IMG/VR virus record: IMGVR_UViG_3300045988_098110
Coordinates: 14,402 to 78,401 of that record
Reading direction: 5' to 3' (one strand)
DNA length: 64,000 nucleotides
Source: a virus
Position numbers and translations under genes: made by a program. Numbering within the stretch: position 1 is the first letter of the stretch; each line of letters opens with the position of its first letter. The notes beneath the pieces were generated by a model. The model did no database searches. It was given only the letters and a program-made list of their open reading frames with translations, and had not been told where the DNA came from. Of the stretch, positions 24,086 to 34,124 are shown piece by piece.

Positions 24086-24691
24086 ATGGCAAAGGACTGG
24101 AGCGGAAACGGCAAGTCAGTGTTTGTGACGCTTGGAGCATCCAATCACACGGACAAAGAGCGAGAGGCTAACGACTTCTATGCCACTGACCCCATAGCCA
24201 TTGACAAGCTCATCGGGTCTATCGGGTTTATCCCGAGCATTGTTTGGGAGTGTGCCTGCGGGACAGGTTGTTTATCAGAAAGGCTTGAACAATATTGCCA
24301 CGGAGTTGTTTCCACCGATGTCATTGACCGTGGCTACGGCCAAGTTCAAGATTTTTTGCTTGCGAAAGAAATGCCGAGTGGTTGCTCCTGCATAATCACC
24401 AACCCACCCTACAAACTCGCCACTGAGTTTATTCTTCACGCATTGAGTTTGCTACCCGACGGTGGCCGGTGCATAATGTTTCTGAAAACCACGTTCCTTG
24501 AAGGAGAGAAACGCCATAGGCTTCTATTTAGCAAATACCCCCCCCTACGCATATTACAGTTCTCCAAGCGTGTCCTTTGCGCAAAGAACGCAGAGTTTCA
24601 GAAAATGCGCAAAGTAGGCTCGGCAGTCTCCTACGCATGGTTCGTTTGGGAGAAGGGCTACAAAGGGGAGACTACAATAACATGGATTTAG
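24086..24691 (+). CDS. DNA N6-adenine methyltransferase (NPPY type)
   Basis: Motif I WECACGTGCLS and motif IV CIITNPPYK. Confidence 0.75.
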   Translation: MAKDWSGNGKSVFVTLGASNHTDKEREANDFYATDPIAIDKLIGSIGFIPSIVWECACGTGCLSERLEQYCHGVVSTDVIDRGYGQVQDFLLAKEMPSGCSCIITNPPYKLATEFILHALSLLPDGGRCIMFLKTTFLEGEKRHRLLFSKYPPLRILQFSKRVLCAKNAEFQKMRKVGSAVSYAWFVWEKGYKGETTITWI

Positions 24692-24719
24692 CTCATCGAC
24701 ACATCGCTTAACACAGAAT

Positions 24720-25730
24720 ATGAAAACCGCAAAAGAGACATCACTAAGCAGGGCGTTAGAGGAGGCCCGCCTACAAAACAAAGGTCTTCCTCCAAGATAC
24801 CAAGATGGCAAAGACCCGTTTTGGATCAAGGCCATTGTGCTTGTCATGAAGCGAAACATGGAAGAATGTTATTGTTTTTACGAGCAGAACGCAGACAGAT
24901 ATATGAGGCTCATTCAGGACTTTGGCACTCCAAGCCCTGTTATTAGCATCAAGAGCATTCATCCGTTCATGTACCTTGATAGCGACCAGTTTATCCCAAG
25001 GGGAGGAATAGATGCAAAGCGTGCGTACCTCAAAGAGCTTTTGGACAACGACACTGACGGAATTGATGTAGATAATCTTAGTGCATCTGAAGTTGAGCAC
25101 ATCTTGCTCGAAAAAGCCATTGCCCAGCAACTCCTCAACGATGAGGTTAACAGGCAACAGAACCTCCGCAACGAGGGCAGCGATATTGACGGCTCCAACT
25201 TTGATGAGGCCGACCGTGTCCGTTTTGAGATGGAGCTTGACGCCATGAAGAGGGACGGAAGCTCACAAGAGGAGATGGATGCCTTCAAGTATGCCTTTGA
25301 GCATCGTAACGACCCAACTGGCGAAGATTTGCCTTATCTGTCAGTGGAGGACAGAACGAGACTTGAGATGGAACTCAAGGATGAGAAGCAAAACGAGAAA
25401 TCCGTTAGTGTCGAAGGCGAGTTTGACGAACCGGATATTGACATTGACAAGCTTAGGAAGGCCAGCGAGGAGTATCGCAAGGAGCAAATCAAGATCGCCA
25501 AGCGTAAGTGGAAGCGTGCGTTTGATGGCGACGCCAACCTGCGCAAGGGCTTTGTTTGTGAGAATGAGTTTGGCGAGAAGGAGGAGATTGAAACATTGCA
25601 GCTCCCTGATGCCGAACAAAAGCCAGAGGTGAAGCGGGCGCCGGGCAGACCGAGGAAATCGGCCAAAAAGACTACGGCCCGCAAGAGCACCGGCACAAGA
25701 AAGTCCACATCGAGAAAAACGAAAAAGTAA
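24720..25730 (+). CDS. acidic protein with basic AT-hook-like C-terminal tail
   Basis: 336 aa with D/E-rich central repeats. The tail is KRAPGRPRKSAKKTTARKSTGTRKSTSRKTKK (GRP core). Confidence 0.6.
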   Translation: MKTAKETSLSRALEEARLQNKGLPPRYQDGKDPFWIKAIVLVMKRNMEECYCFYEQNADRYMRLIQDFGTPSPVISIKSIHPFMYLDSDQFIPRGGIDAKRAYLKELLDNDTDGIDVDNLSASEVEHILLEKAIAQQLLNDEVNRQQNLRNEGSDIDGSNFDEADRVRFEMELDAMKRDGSSQEEMDAFKYAFEHRNDPTGEDLPYLSVEDRTRLEMELKDEKQNEKSVSVEGEFDEPDIDIDKLRKASEEYRKEQIKIAKRKWKRAFDGDANLRKGFVCENEFGEKEEIETLQLPDAEQKPEVKRAPGRPRKSAKKTTARKSTGTRKSTSRKTKK

Positions 25731-25942
25731 TGATGCGCCGATACTACAACAAGAGGCCGCCGTTCACTCCTGACCCTGAGCATTGGACGAAAAAGGTTCG
25801 CTCGTGGAAAGCGAAGGTCGCTTATGGGACTGAGGATGACGCCTGGGAGTACTTGAAGCAGAATCCAAGACTTATTGAACAGGGCATGACGGTATATAGG
25901 TGCCATGTGTGCAGCATGTGGCATATAGGTCACAAAAGATAA
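25730..25942 (+). CDS. small hypothetical protein (possible zinc ribbon)
   Basis: 70 aa with a TAATG overlap. The C-terminus is VYRCHVCSMWHIGH. Confidence 0.5.
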   Translation: MMRRYYNKRPPFTPDPEHWTKKVRSWKAKVAYGTEDDAWEYLKQNPRLIEQGMTVYRCHVCSMWHIGHKR

Positions 25943-25960
25943 CTTAAAGTATATATAATT

Positions 25961-26542
25961 ATGGCAAGAATCGCAAAAAAGAAGAAAGTTGACAATAATG
26001 CAGGTTTGCTTAATGTTATTGACGGTATTAAGCGCACTGACGTAACAGAAGTTGCCGACTTTGGCCCATTCTTCATAGTCTTATTGAAGGACGGAGCAAT
26101 CTATCACACGCATTTTGGCTACGAGGTGCGTTGCAAGCGTTGGCTCATGGACCTTAACGGAGGCACAAACGAGACCACGCTTTACAACTGGCTCTACAAC
26201 TTGGTTCAGATGAAGAAAGCAACCTCAGGCCACGAGGACGAGATGTTCCCCGAGACAGACCAGACAAAGGAGCAGATGCTTGAGTATAGCAAGCTAATCA
26301 CGGATGCGAACATGCTGCACCCAGTGACAGCCTTCTCTGACTTAGAGACCGCTACAAAGTTTGCTAACGACCGCATCAATTACCTTCGAGAATCCTCCCA
26401 GAAGCTTGACTCCGCGATGAACAGCAAGGTAAAAGAAGAGTCAGAGGAGGATTTGAAGAAGAATTTCGAGCAAGGCCAGCAAGAAATTATTGCAGACCAA
26501 CTTCGCCAAGAGCTCAAAAACGAGGAGGGCGCTTTGGAGTAG
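25961..26542 (+). CDS. hypothetical protein
   Basis: 193-aa ORF. Confidence 0.55.
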   Translation: MARIAKKKKVDNNAGLLNVIDGIKRTDVTEVADFGPFFIVLLKDGAIYHTHFGYEVRCKRWLMDLNGGTNETTLYNWLYNLVQMKKATSGHEDEMFPETDQTKEQMLEYSKLITDANMLHPVTAFSDLETATKFANDRINYLRESSQKLDSAMNSKVKEESEEDLKKNFEQGQQEIIADQLRQELKNEEGALE

Positions 26543-26553
26543 CGTTATGCCCT

Positions 26554-26913
26554 ATGGATAGCATTAAAAACGACATGACGAAGATGCGTTCATGGTACGC
26601 TGCTATCAAATTCGGCATGTACCGTGATTATCGCATAGTGAGGATGGCGGACGCAAATGGAAACAAGAGGGATGGCATTTTTATTCCTTTTATCCAAAAT
26701 GGCATATATTGGAAAGGAGTAGGCGACAGAAATCCAGCCCAGTACCTAAAGCCAATATGGATTCCAAAGGACGGAGCAAAAATCCACAGGCTCGTTCCAT
26801 TTGTGAGCGCAAAATACCGTCAGGAAATGATCAACGAGGGTGTTATTTCGCCTGACGACAAGTATCCTTGCGACCCAGTTGGTTTCATTTACAGAGATAT
26901 AGATAAACGTTAG
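26554..26913 (+). CDS. hypothetical protein
   Basis: 119-aa ORF. Confidence 0.55.
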   Translation: MDSIKNDMTKMRSWYAAIKFGMYRDYRIVRMADANGNKRDGIFIPFIQNGIYWKGVGDRNPAQYLKPIWIPKDGAKIHRLVPFVSAKYRQEMINEGVISPDDKYPCDPVGFIYRDIDKR

Positions 26914-26920
26914 ATTTCCT

Positions 26921-27265
26921 ATGGCAACGAACAATGAAGTGATGTTAAAGGTAGAGGATATGGTTTGCGAATGTGTGAATATCGCGCTCCTTATCAGCGA
27001 AGGCTCAATGGTTACAAGCGAGAATGTTTATTCAGGCAAGAAAAACATCCCGTTTGCGAGAGCTGTGGCCCGCAATTTTATCTTTGATGTTCTTCATAAC
27101 AAATATGGCTTCTCTTATGCGGTTGTTGCGCAACGCGGCAACTGCAACAGGGAGTCGGTGATGCGTTGCGTTAGGAAGTGTCACTATCTCGCATTTACTG
27201 ACAAGATATACAAGGAGGTGCGGGAACTGATTACGAGCAAACTACAGGAATGGTATGGAGAATAA
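26921..27265 (+). CDS. DnaA-C-terminal-domain-like HTH protein
   Basis: IPFARAVARNFIFDVLHNKYGFSYAVVAQRGNCNRESVMRCVRKC resembles the DnaA domain IV pattern (R.IAMYL.RE....S...IG..FG.RDHSTV.HA..K). Confidence 0.45.
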   Translation: MATNNEVMLKVEDMVCECVNIALLISEGSMVTSENVYSGKKNIPFARAVARNFIFDVLHNKYGFSYAVVAQRGNCNRESVMRCVRKCHYLAFTDKIYKEVRELITSKLQEWYGE

Positions 27266-27797
27266 TACAAAGAACACAGATCTGCTGACCCTCAAGCGCA
27301 ACTCTCTCATGATGGGCCTATGCGAAAAGTACAAACACAAATGGGACTCATGCACAACCAAGAGACAGCTTATCGACTTGGCGCTTGACAGTAACGGCGT
27401 TGAGTTTATGGCAGACTCTATTGCTTTTGGATGGGGCTTGGGGAAAGATTACCTTGTAAAGGAATTTGCAGAGTACATAAATGGGGCTTATATCCGTGAC
27501 AAGGATGGTTACACAAGCGAGCTGTTTGTTGGCGCTCGTGGGGTAATAGAACTACGCTCGACACTTCTTCTTGTTGCATATTGCGATGGGTTGGAGATAA
27601 AAATCCCCAAAGGCTCTGTTGGGCAGATTTATGTTTGCGGTGGAAGCAAAATTAGGATAGAAAATGACGGATATGTAGATATTCGGGAATATGGAAGTGT
27701 AAACAATATTGATATAATTGCCCACAATGGCTCAAATTCTTCGCACAAGCGTGTTTTATCGTCCGAATGGGCAACTAATAGGCATAGTGAAAAATAA
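27255..27797 (+). CDS. hypothetical protein
   Basis: 180-aa ORF, the last gene of the operon. Confidence 0.55.
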   Translation: MENNTKNTDLLTLKRNSLMMGLCEKYKHKWDSCTTKRQLIDLALDSNGVEFMADSIAFGWGLGKDYLVKEFAEYINGAYIRDKDGYTSELFVGARGVIELRSTLLLVAYCDGLEIKIPKGSVGQIYVCGGSKIRIENDGYVDIREYGSVNNIDIIAHNGSNSSHKRVLSSEWATNRHSEK

Positions 27798-27892
27798 CCC
27801 GTTATACGCAAAATATGAATGGTTAATATAGTGTCGAATATTTCTAATTTTAGAGCTTGTAATTGACACAAGCGTGTGTTAGGTTTTGGAAA

Positions 27893-27935
27893 GGGCGCCC
27901 TCAGTCGTGATAGACCAGGGGCGCCCATGTTTTAT
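27893..27935. terminator. hairpin between convergent operons
   Basis: GGGCGCCC (27893-900) pairs with GGGCGCCC (27919-26), which is self-complementary, followed by ATGTTTTA. Confidence 0.5.
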
Positions 27936-27956
27936 AACCGTTCGCTTAGCGTTATT

Positions 27957-30900
27957 TTAGTTTAAGAAAACCTTCAATCCTGCTCCTCCCTTGGAGTGTC
28001 CGAGTTTCATGACGCTGCTCCAGTTGTCGCAAACCTGCCGCAAGTACCCAACTTGCTGCTGCATTAAACTCACCATGATATTGTTGGCGCCGTCTCCTGA
28101 CTGTGACGCAATACCGCCAAGGCGCTGCAACAGGGTGTCCTTGATAACCCTTACGTCCGCCTGTTGCGTCGCAAGGTAGTAGCGTATCGAGTTGATGATG
28201 CTCTCCAATGCCTGAGCGGTTGCTTCGGTCACAGATTGAATACCCTGTTGCAGAGATGAGATATTGGAGGTTCCTGTAGGATTTACTCCAAGCATCTCAA
28301 ACATCTTTTTCAGATATTCGTTGTAAGCTTCAAGGTTTTGGTCTTTCATCTTCTTGATTTCCGCAAGCTCATTTGCGGTGACATCGAGTCCGTTGTTTCC
28401 TCCCTCGCTACCTTTGGTCACCGCCTTGTCAATGCTTTCCAATATCGGCTTGATGAACTTTTCTGATGCTCGCTGCGTAACCTGCTTTGTAAGCAAGTTG
28501 TTGAAATATTCGTCAAACTTCTCGTTAAGTGCATCAAGCGAGTCGCTGCCTTCATTGAAAGCATCAACCCAAGCGTTCGCAAAGGCTTCTGCTGCCGACT
28601 TATAGTTGGCCTGTGAACCAAAACCTCCAAGTTCCTCTGTGAGCGTCTCTGAAAGCTCTGTTATGGTGTCGTTGATAGAGTCTATCTCTGAACGCCAGCT
28701 TTGGATCTTGTCTTCGTCTGCATGCTTTCTCCCTTGCTCAGCCTTAATCATGGCTTCATAGGCCGCTTTCTCTTTCTCCAAGGCTTCAACAGACTGCTGG
28801 TTGTACTTATACAGTCGCTCTGTGCTGAAAGCGTCATCCATTGATTTTTTCAGCTCCTCGTATCTCTTTTGGAGTTTGGTTATGGCTCGCTCCTGCCGCT
28901 TAATCTCTTTGTCTATGCTACTTTCGTTGTTGAATAGCTTAACAACACCAGTAAGAGCTCCAACAGCGCCGGAGACAACTCCTGCATAGTTTCCGCTATA
29001 GCTATAGTATGAACCTACCGCTTGACCGATGCTGTCAACAATGCCTAACGTGTTTTGCAGTTGTTCATCGGAGCCACCGAGGGCTTCAAACAAGCCACTG
29101 AACGCCGATGCCATTGACGAAACAATATCAGTGATGTCTGTAACTGACTTGGAGAACTTTGCCTTCGCTTGCTCTTCTTCGGTCATAATCGTTCCGAGCT
29201 TCGCAATCTGTTGGTCTGTCAGGTTGAGTTGGCTTTTGAGGCTATCCCTGATGCCTTTATTGATAGACAACCTGAATGCTGCGGCCTTTGCCTCGTCGCT
29301 CCCTTTCCCGTTAATCTTCTCTATCTCGTTGTACTGCAACTCCAGCAACTCAACAAGTCTGTTAGATGCCTCAAGCTGAACCTTTAGGTTCTGACTTTGG
29401 TCGTTAAGCTCAACGTATCTGGCAACACCACCATTCTTTTTCAAGTCCTTACCAGCCTTAATCATTTCCTTAAGACCACTTGTGAACGCCTTGAATGGAT
29501 TACGGGAGTTGCGAACATCGTCAACTTTCTTGATTTGGTCCACGACGGCCTTCAACTGTGTTGGGTCGAGGTTCTTCAAGTTGTCGCGCATATCACGAAG
29601 GCGTGTGGCCATTGCGTCGAGCGCCTTAGAGGAAACTTGGTCAAGATTCTCAAATAGTCGTACATACATGTCGCTATTCTGAAAATCCTTCCATTTGTTT
29701 TCGTCAGTCTTACGCTTGTACTGCGTATCAAGATTCTCTTGTAGCTGCTTCTGCAAATCAGGAGTCTTTGATATTTCAGTATTGTTTTGCAGTTTGTTTC
29801 TTTCTGCAATATACCAACTGTCAAGCTGGAGTTGGTCGCTAAGCTGCTGCTTGTATGCCTTAATCAGCTCTTGCGCCTGATCCACTTGGTCTTGATGCTC
29901 CTGCTTGTTGACATTCTTAACACGGCTCTGGTAATCCTTATAAATGTCGCTATCACCAAAGCGCTCCTTGAGAACATTTGCCGTGTTGGCAATGTCGTTG
30001 TTATATCGCTTGATAACATCCTCTCCCCATTTGTTGATGTTGCTTCCGTACGTACTCTCGTAATCCTTGAAGATGTACTTGTTGAACTCGTCGTCAATGG
30101 CATTGCGCACATCATCGAAAGACGTAGCGATGTTGCCAAACATAGACTTGATATATCTGTCTGACAAGCCCTCTCCTTTGAGCTTCTTGTAAAGCTGCAA
30201 CCCGTTGAAGGCCTCGTCGATGTTGCTCGAGATACCTTCGCGCATCTTTTCATACTCCTTCTCTGAGATATGGAGCCTGATTTCTGCAGAAGTACGGAAC
30301 GCACCGCTTTTCTTGACGAGTTCTTTGTATTTAGCGCCAAGTTTTTCTATCTCTCTTGCTGTTGTGGCATCATCAGGAAGAATAGAGTTGGCGTTAAGAC
30401 CTACGTTCTGTGCAGCCAGCTTGAACATGGAGCGTGTCTTTGTTAGGGCTTGCTCCTTGCTCTCTGACTTTAGCAATGTGTTGTACTGCTGATTCATATC
30501 CTTCAGGAGTGATATGCGCTCTTGAAGGATGTCACGCTGCGCCTTGTTATTGGTATGAGTTTTTCTATTCTTTTTCTCAAAAGGATCAATACCAAATAAA
30601 TTCTTAGAAGAAATTGTATTTTCTCGCATTCGGCTTTTAGCCAAAGCCATTAACTGCTTTTTTGTAATAGTTTTTGCATCTGCAAAAAGAGTGCCTTGTA
30701 GTAAGTCTTTAAGCTTACCTACTACATTGTATTCTTTAACAGTAGCCTTTGATACGTTTTTGTAGAATTGCTTCCATTCTTTTGCAGTTTCAGCAAACTC
30801 TTTGCTTTTATCGAGATACTCCTTAATACTACTTGTGTTCTTGATTTCGTTAACAGATAGAGTAATCCCGTATCTTTTCTCCGCAAAGAACCTGCTAATA

Positions 30901-33900
30901 AAGTCATCAACCCAACTAACTTCTTTTTGTGTGTTATTTTTGTCAATATTAACCTTGATACTATAAGCCTTATAGAGCATATCTTTTTCGATATCGCCCC
31001 ATCCTCTTTTTAGAGCTTCGTTATCTATTTGTATTTTTAGTTTCTTTTTCGAAGCCTCGTCTTTGTATTTGCTTACGTCACCAAAAACACTTTGTGCCTC
31101 TTTGCGCACTTCTTCCAAATTGTTTATGTAGGTTTCGTAAGCCAACGTGAATTTAGATAATTGCTCATCCGCATTTGCACCAATACCCCAATCATAGCCA
31201 TTGTTCCCTGTACCTCCAAGAATACCGACCATGTTTTGCTTTGAGCCAAACCATCCGCTCTGTATGTATCCAATTTCTTTTAATGCATTGGCAACTTTAG
31301 CGTAGTAATCGAGAAGGTCTTGTCCCTTTTGAGGACCAGCTGAGAGCTGCTTGAACATTTCCTTTTGGCTATCAGTAAGATTTACGCTTTCTTTTGACAC
31401 CTGCGCAAGAATAGAACGTATATCGTCACCTTTTTGCAAAAACTCACCCATTGAAGAAGTATATTCTTGCATATCAGTTTCAATATCATCGTCCCCCATA
31501 AGCCAGCCTTTCTTTTTGTTAGCCTCGTACTTTGCATCAATAGCACGCATATTATCAAGGAACTCTTGATAGTCTTTAAGGAATATGTCATATTGTTTCC
31601 TCGCTTCTTCTTCGGAAATGTTCACCCCTATTGTTACCTCGAAGCCCTTCTGATTCATTTCTTTTACAAGATCTTGTAAGGCTTTCTGGATATTTGTTTT
31701 AGCTTCAGCATCTATCTCTTCAACCCTAACCTGTGCCGTATAGTATTCTTCGGTGTTTTTAGCCATTGCTTCTTTGTACTCGTTGTTAACACTTACGAGT
31801 TCCTGAACCAAAGCTATAACGGAAGTTAATGCAGCAAGAGGTAAAGATGCTTTGAAGGTATTTCCTAATGCGGTAAAGGCTGAACCTAATTTGCCTGTAT
31901 CACCTGTTAGTGCAGCCATAAGAGCCTTGAATACGCCAAGCCTTTTATGCGAAGCCATAATATTTGCAGCTGTTTGTCCCCAAGCTCCGTTCGTAAGCTT
32001 TGTTGTGACATAGATAGAAGCAAGAAGTCCTGCGAATATTTTCGCTACATTAACAATAGTTCTCCAACTATTCAAAAGTTCTGTTACACTACTAATCAGG
32101 CCTTTGAATGTACCTTCGTTAGACTTGCCAATGTCGTTGAGCATCACATCAAAAGCATCCTTCAAGTTGGAAATCTTACCTTGGAGAGTTTCTGCCTGGA
32201 TCTCTTGCATATTGTAAAAGATCCCTCCTTTGTCGGTCATGCGTTGAAATATGGCCTCAACATCCTCAAATGTAACCTTTCGCTTAGAAATCATATCCAC
32301 GATTTGCGCCGTGGTGTATGCCTCACCCTTGACCTCCTTGAAATAATCCTGAAGCTCTCCGTATATATTGATACCAGCCTCGGTAAACTGGCGCACCTCA
32401 GAGCCGCGGAGGTATGCAGCGGCCTTGACTTGTCCGTAAGCAAGGATAAGCCGACTCAGGTCAACACCAAGTCCAGCCGACACATCGGCAAGGCGTTTGG
32501 TTGTGTCGTAAAGTTTATCAGACTCTATGCGGTATGCAGAGAGTTGGCGCGTGTAGTCTACCAAATCCTTGATGCGGAATGGCGACTTAACGGCAAGCTC
32601 AACTGTCTTGTTGAAGATTTCGTCAGCCTTTGTCTTGTTCTGCAAGATAGCTTCAAGTGAACGCTCTGAAAGCTCGAACTGGCCTCTCACCTCCGCGACT
32701 TGCCCTATAAAGTTCTTGATTGTATCAAGAGAGAAAGTGAAGGCAACACGTTGTGCCAAGCGTGACAGATAGCCTGCCATGTATGATGTTTGCTCTCCTA
32801 AGTTACGTGCGTTCACTCCTGCCTCTTTCAAAACCTTGGAGTGCTGCTTTATGGCCTCGTTTACGGATGCGAGATTCTGTTTGTAGTTCTTGTCGGTCGT
32901 ATTAAGGCTAAGCCTTGCCTGCTGCAACTCCTTTATGGCTGCAACATGCTCTCGCAATGTGGCTGCGCTGCCTGTATTTGTGAGTACGGCATTTGTGTCG
33001 GCGTAGTATGCAGAGCCACTATTTGCCCTTTGACTTGCCGCCTTGGCTTCTTGGAGTACCTTGTTATGGCGCTCTATTGATGCGTTGAGCGTGTCAAGTT
33101 TTTGCTTGTATTCAGCATCCGTAACAGATAGTTTTCTCTTGGCTGCTTCAAGGTACTGCACGGCCTTTGCTTGTCTGTTTAGCGTGTTAGCAGACTCCGA
33201 GAAGCTTAATGCCCCTTGGTACGTTGTGTTTTGCTTATAGTTGCTTGCTTGGTAAGCCTTTTGCTTTGCGGTGTACTCTTTTTGTGCTGCGGCCTCAACA
33301 CGCCTCGCTTTTGCTTCTTCTGCCTTGGCTTCTGTTTCGGCGGCCTTCTTCGACTCAGCTTCTTTCTTTGCCCGGAGCTGAATTGACTCTTTGAGCATCT
33401 GCATCTCTGCTTTGTAGCGAGCGTCAGACATGGGGAAATCTTGGCCGTACTGCTTAAGCGACTTCGCCAAGGCAACCTGTTGGTTAATAGCTTGGTTGTT
33501 TTGGATAATGGCCTGTTGCTTCTCTCTCAGAGATGCGATAACCTGCCTGTTGGTCTCGTACTCCTTGACGTTTGCCGCATAGAGAGCCTTTTCGTCATTA
33601 TAAACGACGCCACCTTTTCCTTCTTTAATGCGCTGCTGAGTGTACTCGTATTGGCGCATAGACTTCGTTAACTCCTCCTGTCGCTTGGTGGTCTTGTCGA
33701 TCTGTGCTTGAATGTTTTGCCAGTCGGACACAGATTTTGATAAGTCAGGAGAAGATGCGGCTTTGTGTTGGGATGCCGCCATACGGTCGATGTGTTGCGC
33801 AGTCTGACTTACGACGTCGCCCATCTTTGAAAAACCTTGTGTTACCTTGGCTGTTCCAAGGCTTGACAGGCTGCCTGACATTGTGCCTGCTGCCGTCTTG

Positions 33901-34106
33901 ATGGTTCCAAGCTTTTGAATTATTTGGTCGAGCGCACCGATGAACCCATCTGTCGAGCCCTTCATAGACTGACATGATGCGTTTATAACAGCGGCGGTTT
34001 GCTCCGATGTTTTTTGCAACTTCTCCAACCTTTCGTCAGCCTCTTTTATCTTCTTTAAGGCTGACTCGGGTATGAGAAGGACGCTTCCTAATGCAGATTC
34101 GCTCAT
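27957..34106 (-). CDS. tail tape measure protein
   Basis: 2049 aa, largely coiled-coil. The TMP core motif is LSERSLEAILQNKTKADEIFNKTVELAVKSPFRIKDLVDYTRQLSAYRI...AGLGVDLSRLILAYGQVKAAAYLRGSEVRQFTEAGI. It follows the chaperone pair. Confidence 0.9.
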   Translation of the reverse strand: MSESALGSVLLIPESALKKIKEADERLEKLQKTSEQTAAVINASCQSMKGSTDGFIGALDQIIQKLGTIKTAAGTMSGSLSSLGTAKVTQGFSKMGDVVSQTAQHIDRMAASQHKAASSPDLSKSVSDWQNIQAQIDKTTKRQEELTKSMRQYEYTQQRIKEGKGGVVYNDEKALYAANVKEYETNRQVIASLREKQQAIIQNNQAINQQVALAKSLKQYGQDFPMSDARYKAEMQMLKESIQLRAKKEAESKKAAETEAKAEEAKARRVEAAAQKEYTAKQKAYQASNYKQNTTYQGALSFSESANTLNRQAKAVQYLEAAKRKLSVTDAEYKQKLDTLNASIERHNKVLQEAKAASQRANSGSAYYADTNAVLTNTGSAATLREHVAAIKELQQARLSLNTTDKNYKQNLASVNEAIKQHSKVLKEAGVNARNLGEQTSYMAGYLSRLAQRVAFTFSLDTIKNFIGQVAEVRGQFELSERSLEAILQNKTKADEIFNKTVELAVKSPFRIKDLVDYTRQLSAYRIESDKLYDTTKRLADVSAGLGVDLSRLILAYGQVKAAAYLRGSEVRQFTEAGINIYGELQDYFKEVKGEAYTTAQIVDMISKRKVTFEDVEAIFQRMTDKGGIFYNMQEIQAETLQGKISNLKDAFDVMLNDIGKSNEGTFKGLISSVTELLNSWRTIVNVAKIFAGLLASIYVTTKLTNGAWGQTAANIMASHKRLGVFKALMAALTGDTGKLGSAFTALGNTFKASLPLAALTSVIALVQELVSVNNEYKEAMAKNTEEYYTAQVRVEEIDAEAKTNIQKALQDLVKEMNQKGFEVTIGVNISEEEARKQYDIFLKDYQEFLDNMRAIDAKYEANKKKGWLMGDDDIETDMQEYTSSMGEFLQKGDDIRSILAQVSKESVNLTDSQKEMFKQLSAGPQKGQDLLDYYAKVANALKEIGYIQSGWFGSKQNMVGILGGTGNNGYDWGIGANADEQLSKFTLAYETYINNLEEVRKEAQSVFGDVSKYKDEASKKKLKIQIDNEALKRGWGDIEKDMLYKAYSIKVNIDKNNTQKEVSWVDDFISRFFAEKRYGITLSVNEIKNTSSIKEYLDKSKEFAETAKEWKQFYKNVSKATVKEYNVVGKLKDLLQGTLFADAKTITKKQLMALAKSRMRENTISSKNLFGIDPFEKKNRKTHTNNKAQRDILQERISLLKDMNQQYNTLLKSESKEQALTKTRSMFKLAAQNVGLNANSILPDDATTAREIEKLGAKYKELVKKSGAFRTSAEIRLHISEKEYEKMREGISSNIDEAFNGLQLYKKLKGEGLSDRYIKSMFGNIATSFDDVRNAIDDEFNKYIFKDYESTYGSNINKWGEDVIKRYNNDIANTANVLKERFGDSDIYKDYQSRVKNVNKQEHQDQVDQAQELIKAYKQQLSDQLQLDSWYIAERNKLQNNTEISKTPDLQKQLQENLDTQYKRKTDENKWKDFQNSDMYVRLFENLDQVSSKALDAMATRLRDMRDNLKNLDPTQLKAVVDQIKKVDDVRNSRNPFKAFTSGLKEMIKAGKDLKKNGGVARYVELNDQSQNLKVQLEASNRLVELLELQYNEIEKINGKGSDEAKAAAFRLSINKGIRDSLKSQLNLTDQQIAKLGTIMTEEEQAKAKFSKSVTDITDIVSSMASAFSGLFEALGGSDEQLQNTLGIVDSIGQAVGSYYSYSGNYAGVVSGAVGALTGVVKLFNNESSIDKEIKRQERAITKLQKRYEELKKSMDDAFSTERLYKYNQQSVEALEKEKAAYEAMIKAEQGRKHADEDKIQSWRSEIDSINDTITELSETLTEELGGFGSQANYKSAAEAFANAWVDAFNEGSDSLDALNEKFDEYFNNLLTKQVTQRASEKFIKPILESIDKAVTKGSEGGNNGLDVTANELAEIKKMKDQNLEAYNEYLKKMFEMLGVNPTGTSNISSLQQGIQSVTEATAQALESIINSIRYYLATQQADVRVIKDTLLQRLGGIASQSGDGANNIMVSLMQQQVGYLRQVCDNWSSVMKLGHSKGGAGLKVFLN

Positions 34107-34124
34107 ATTTCTGTTATTTCCTGA

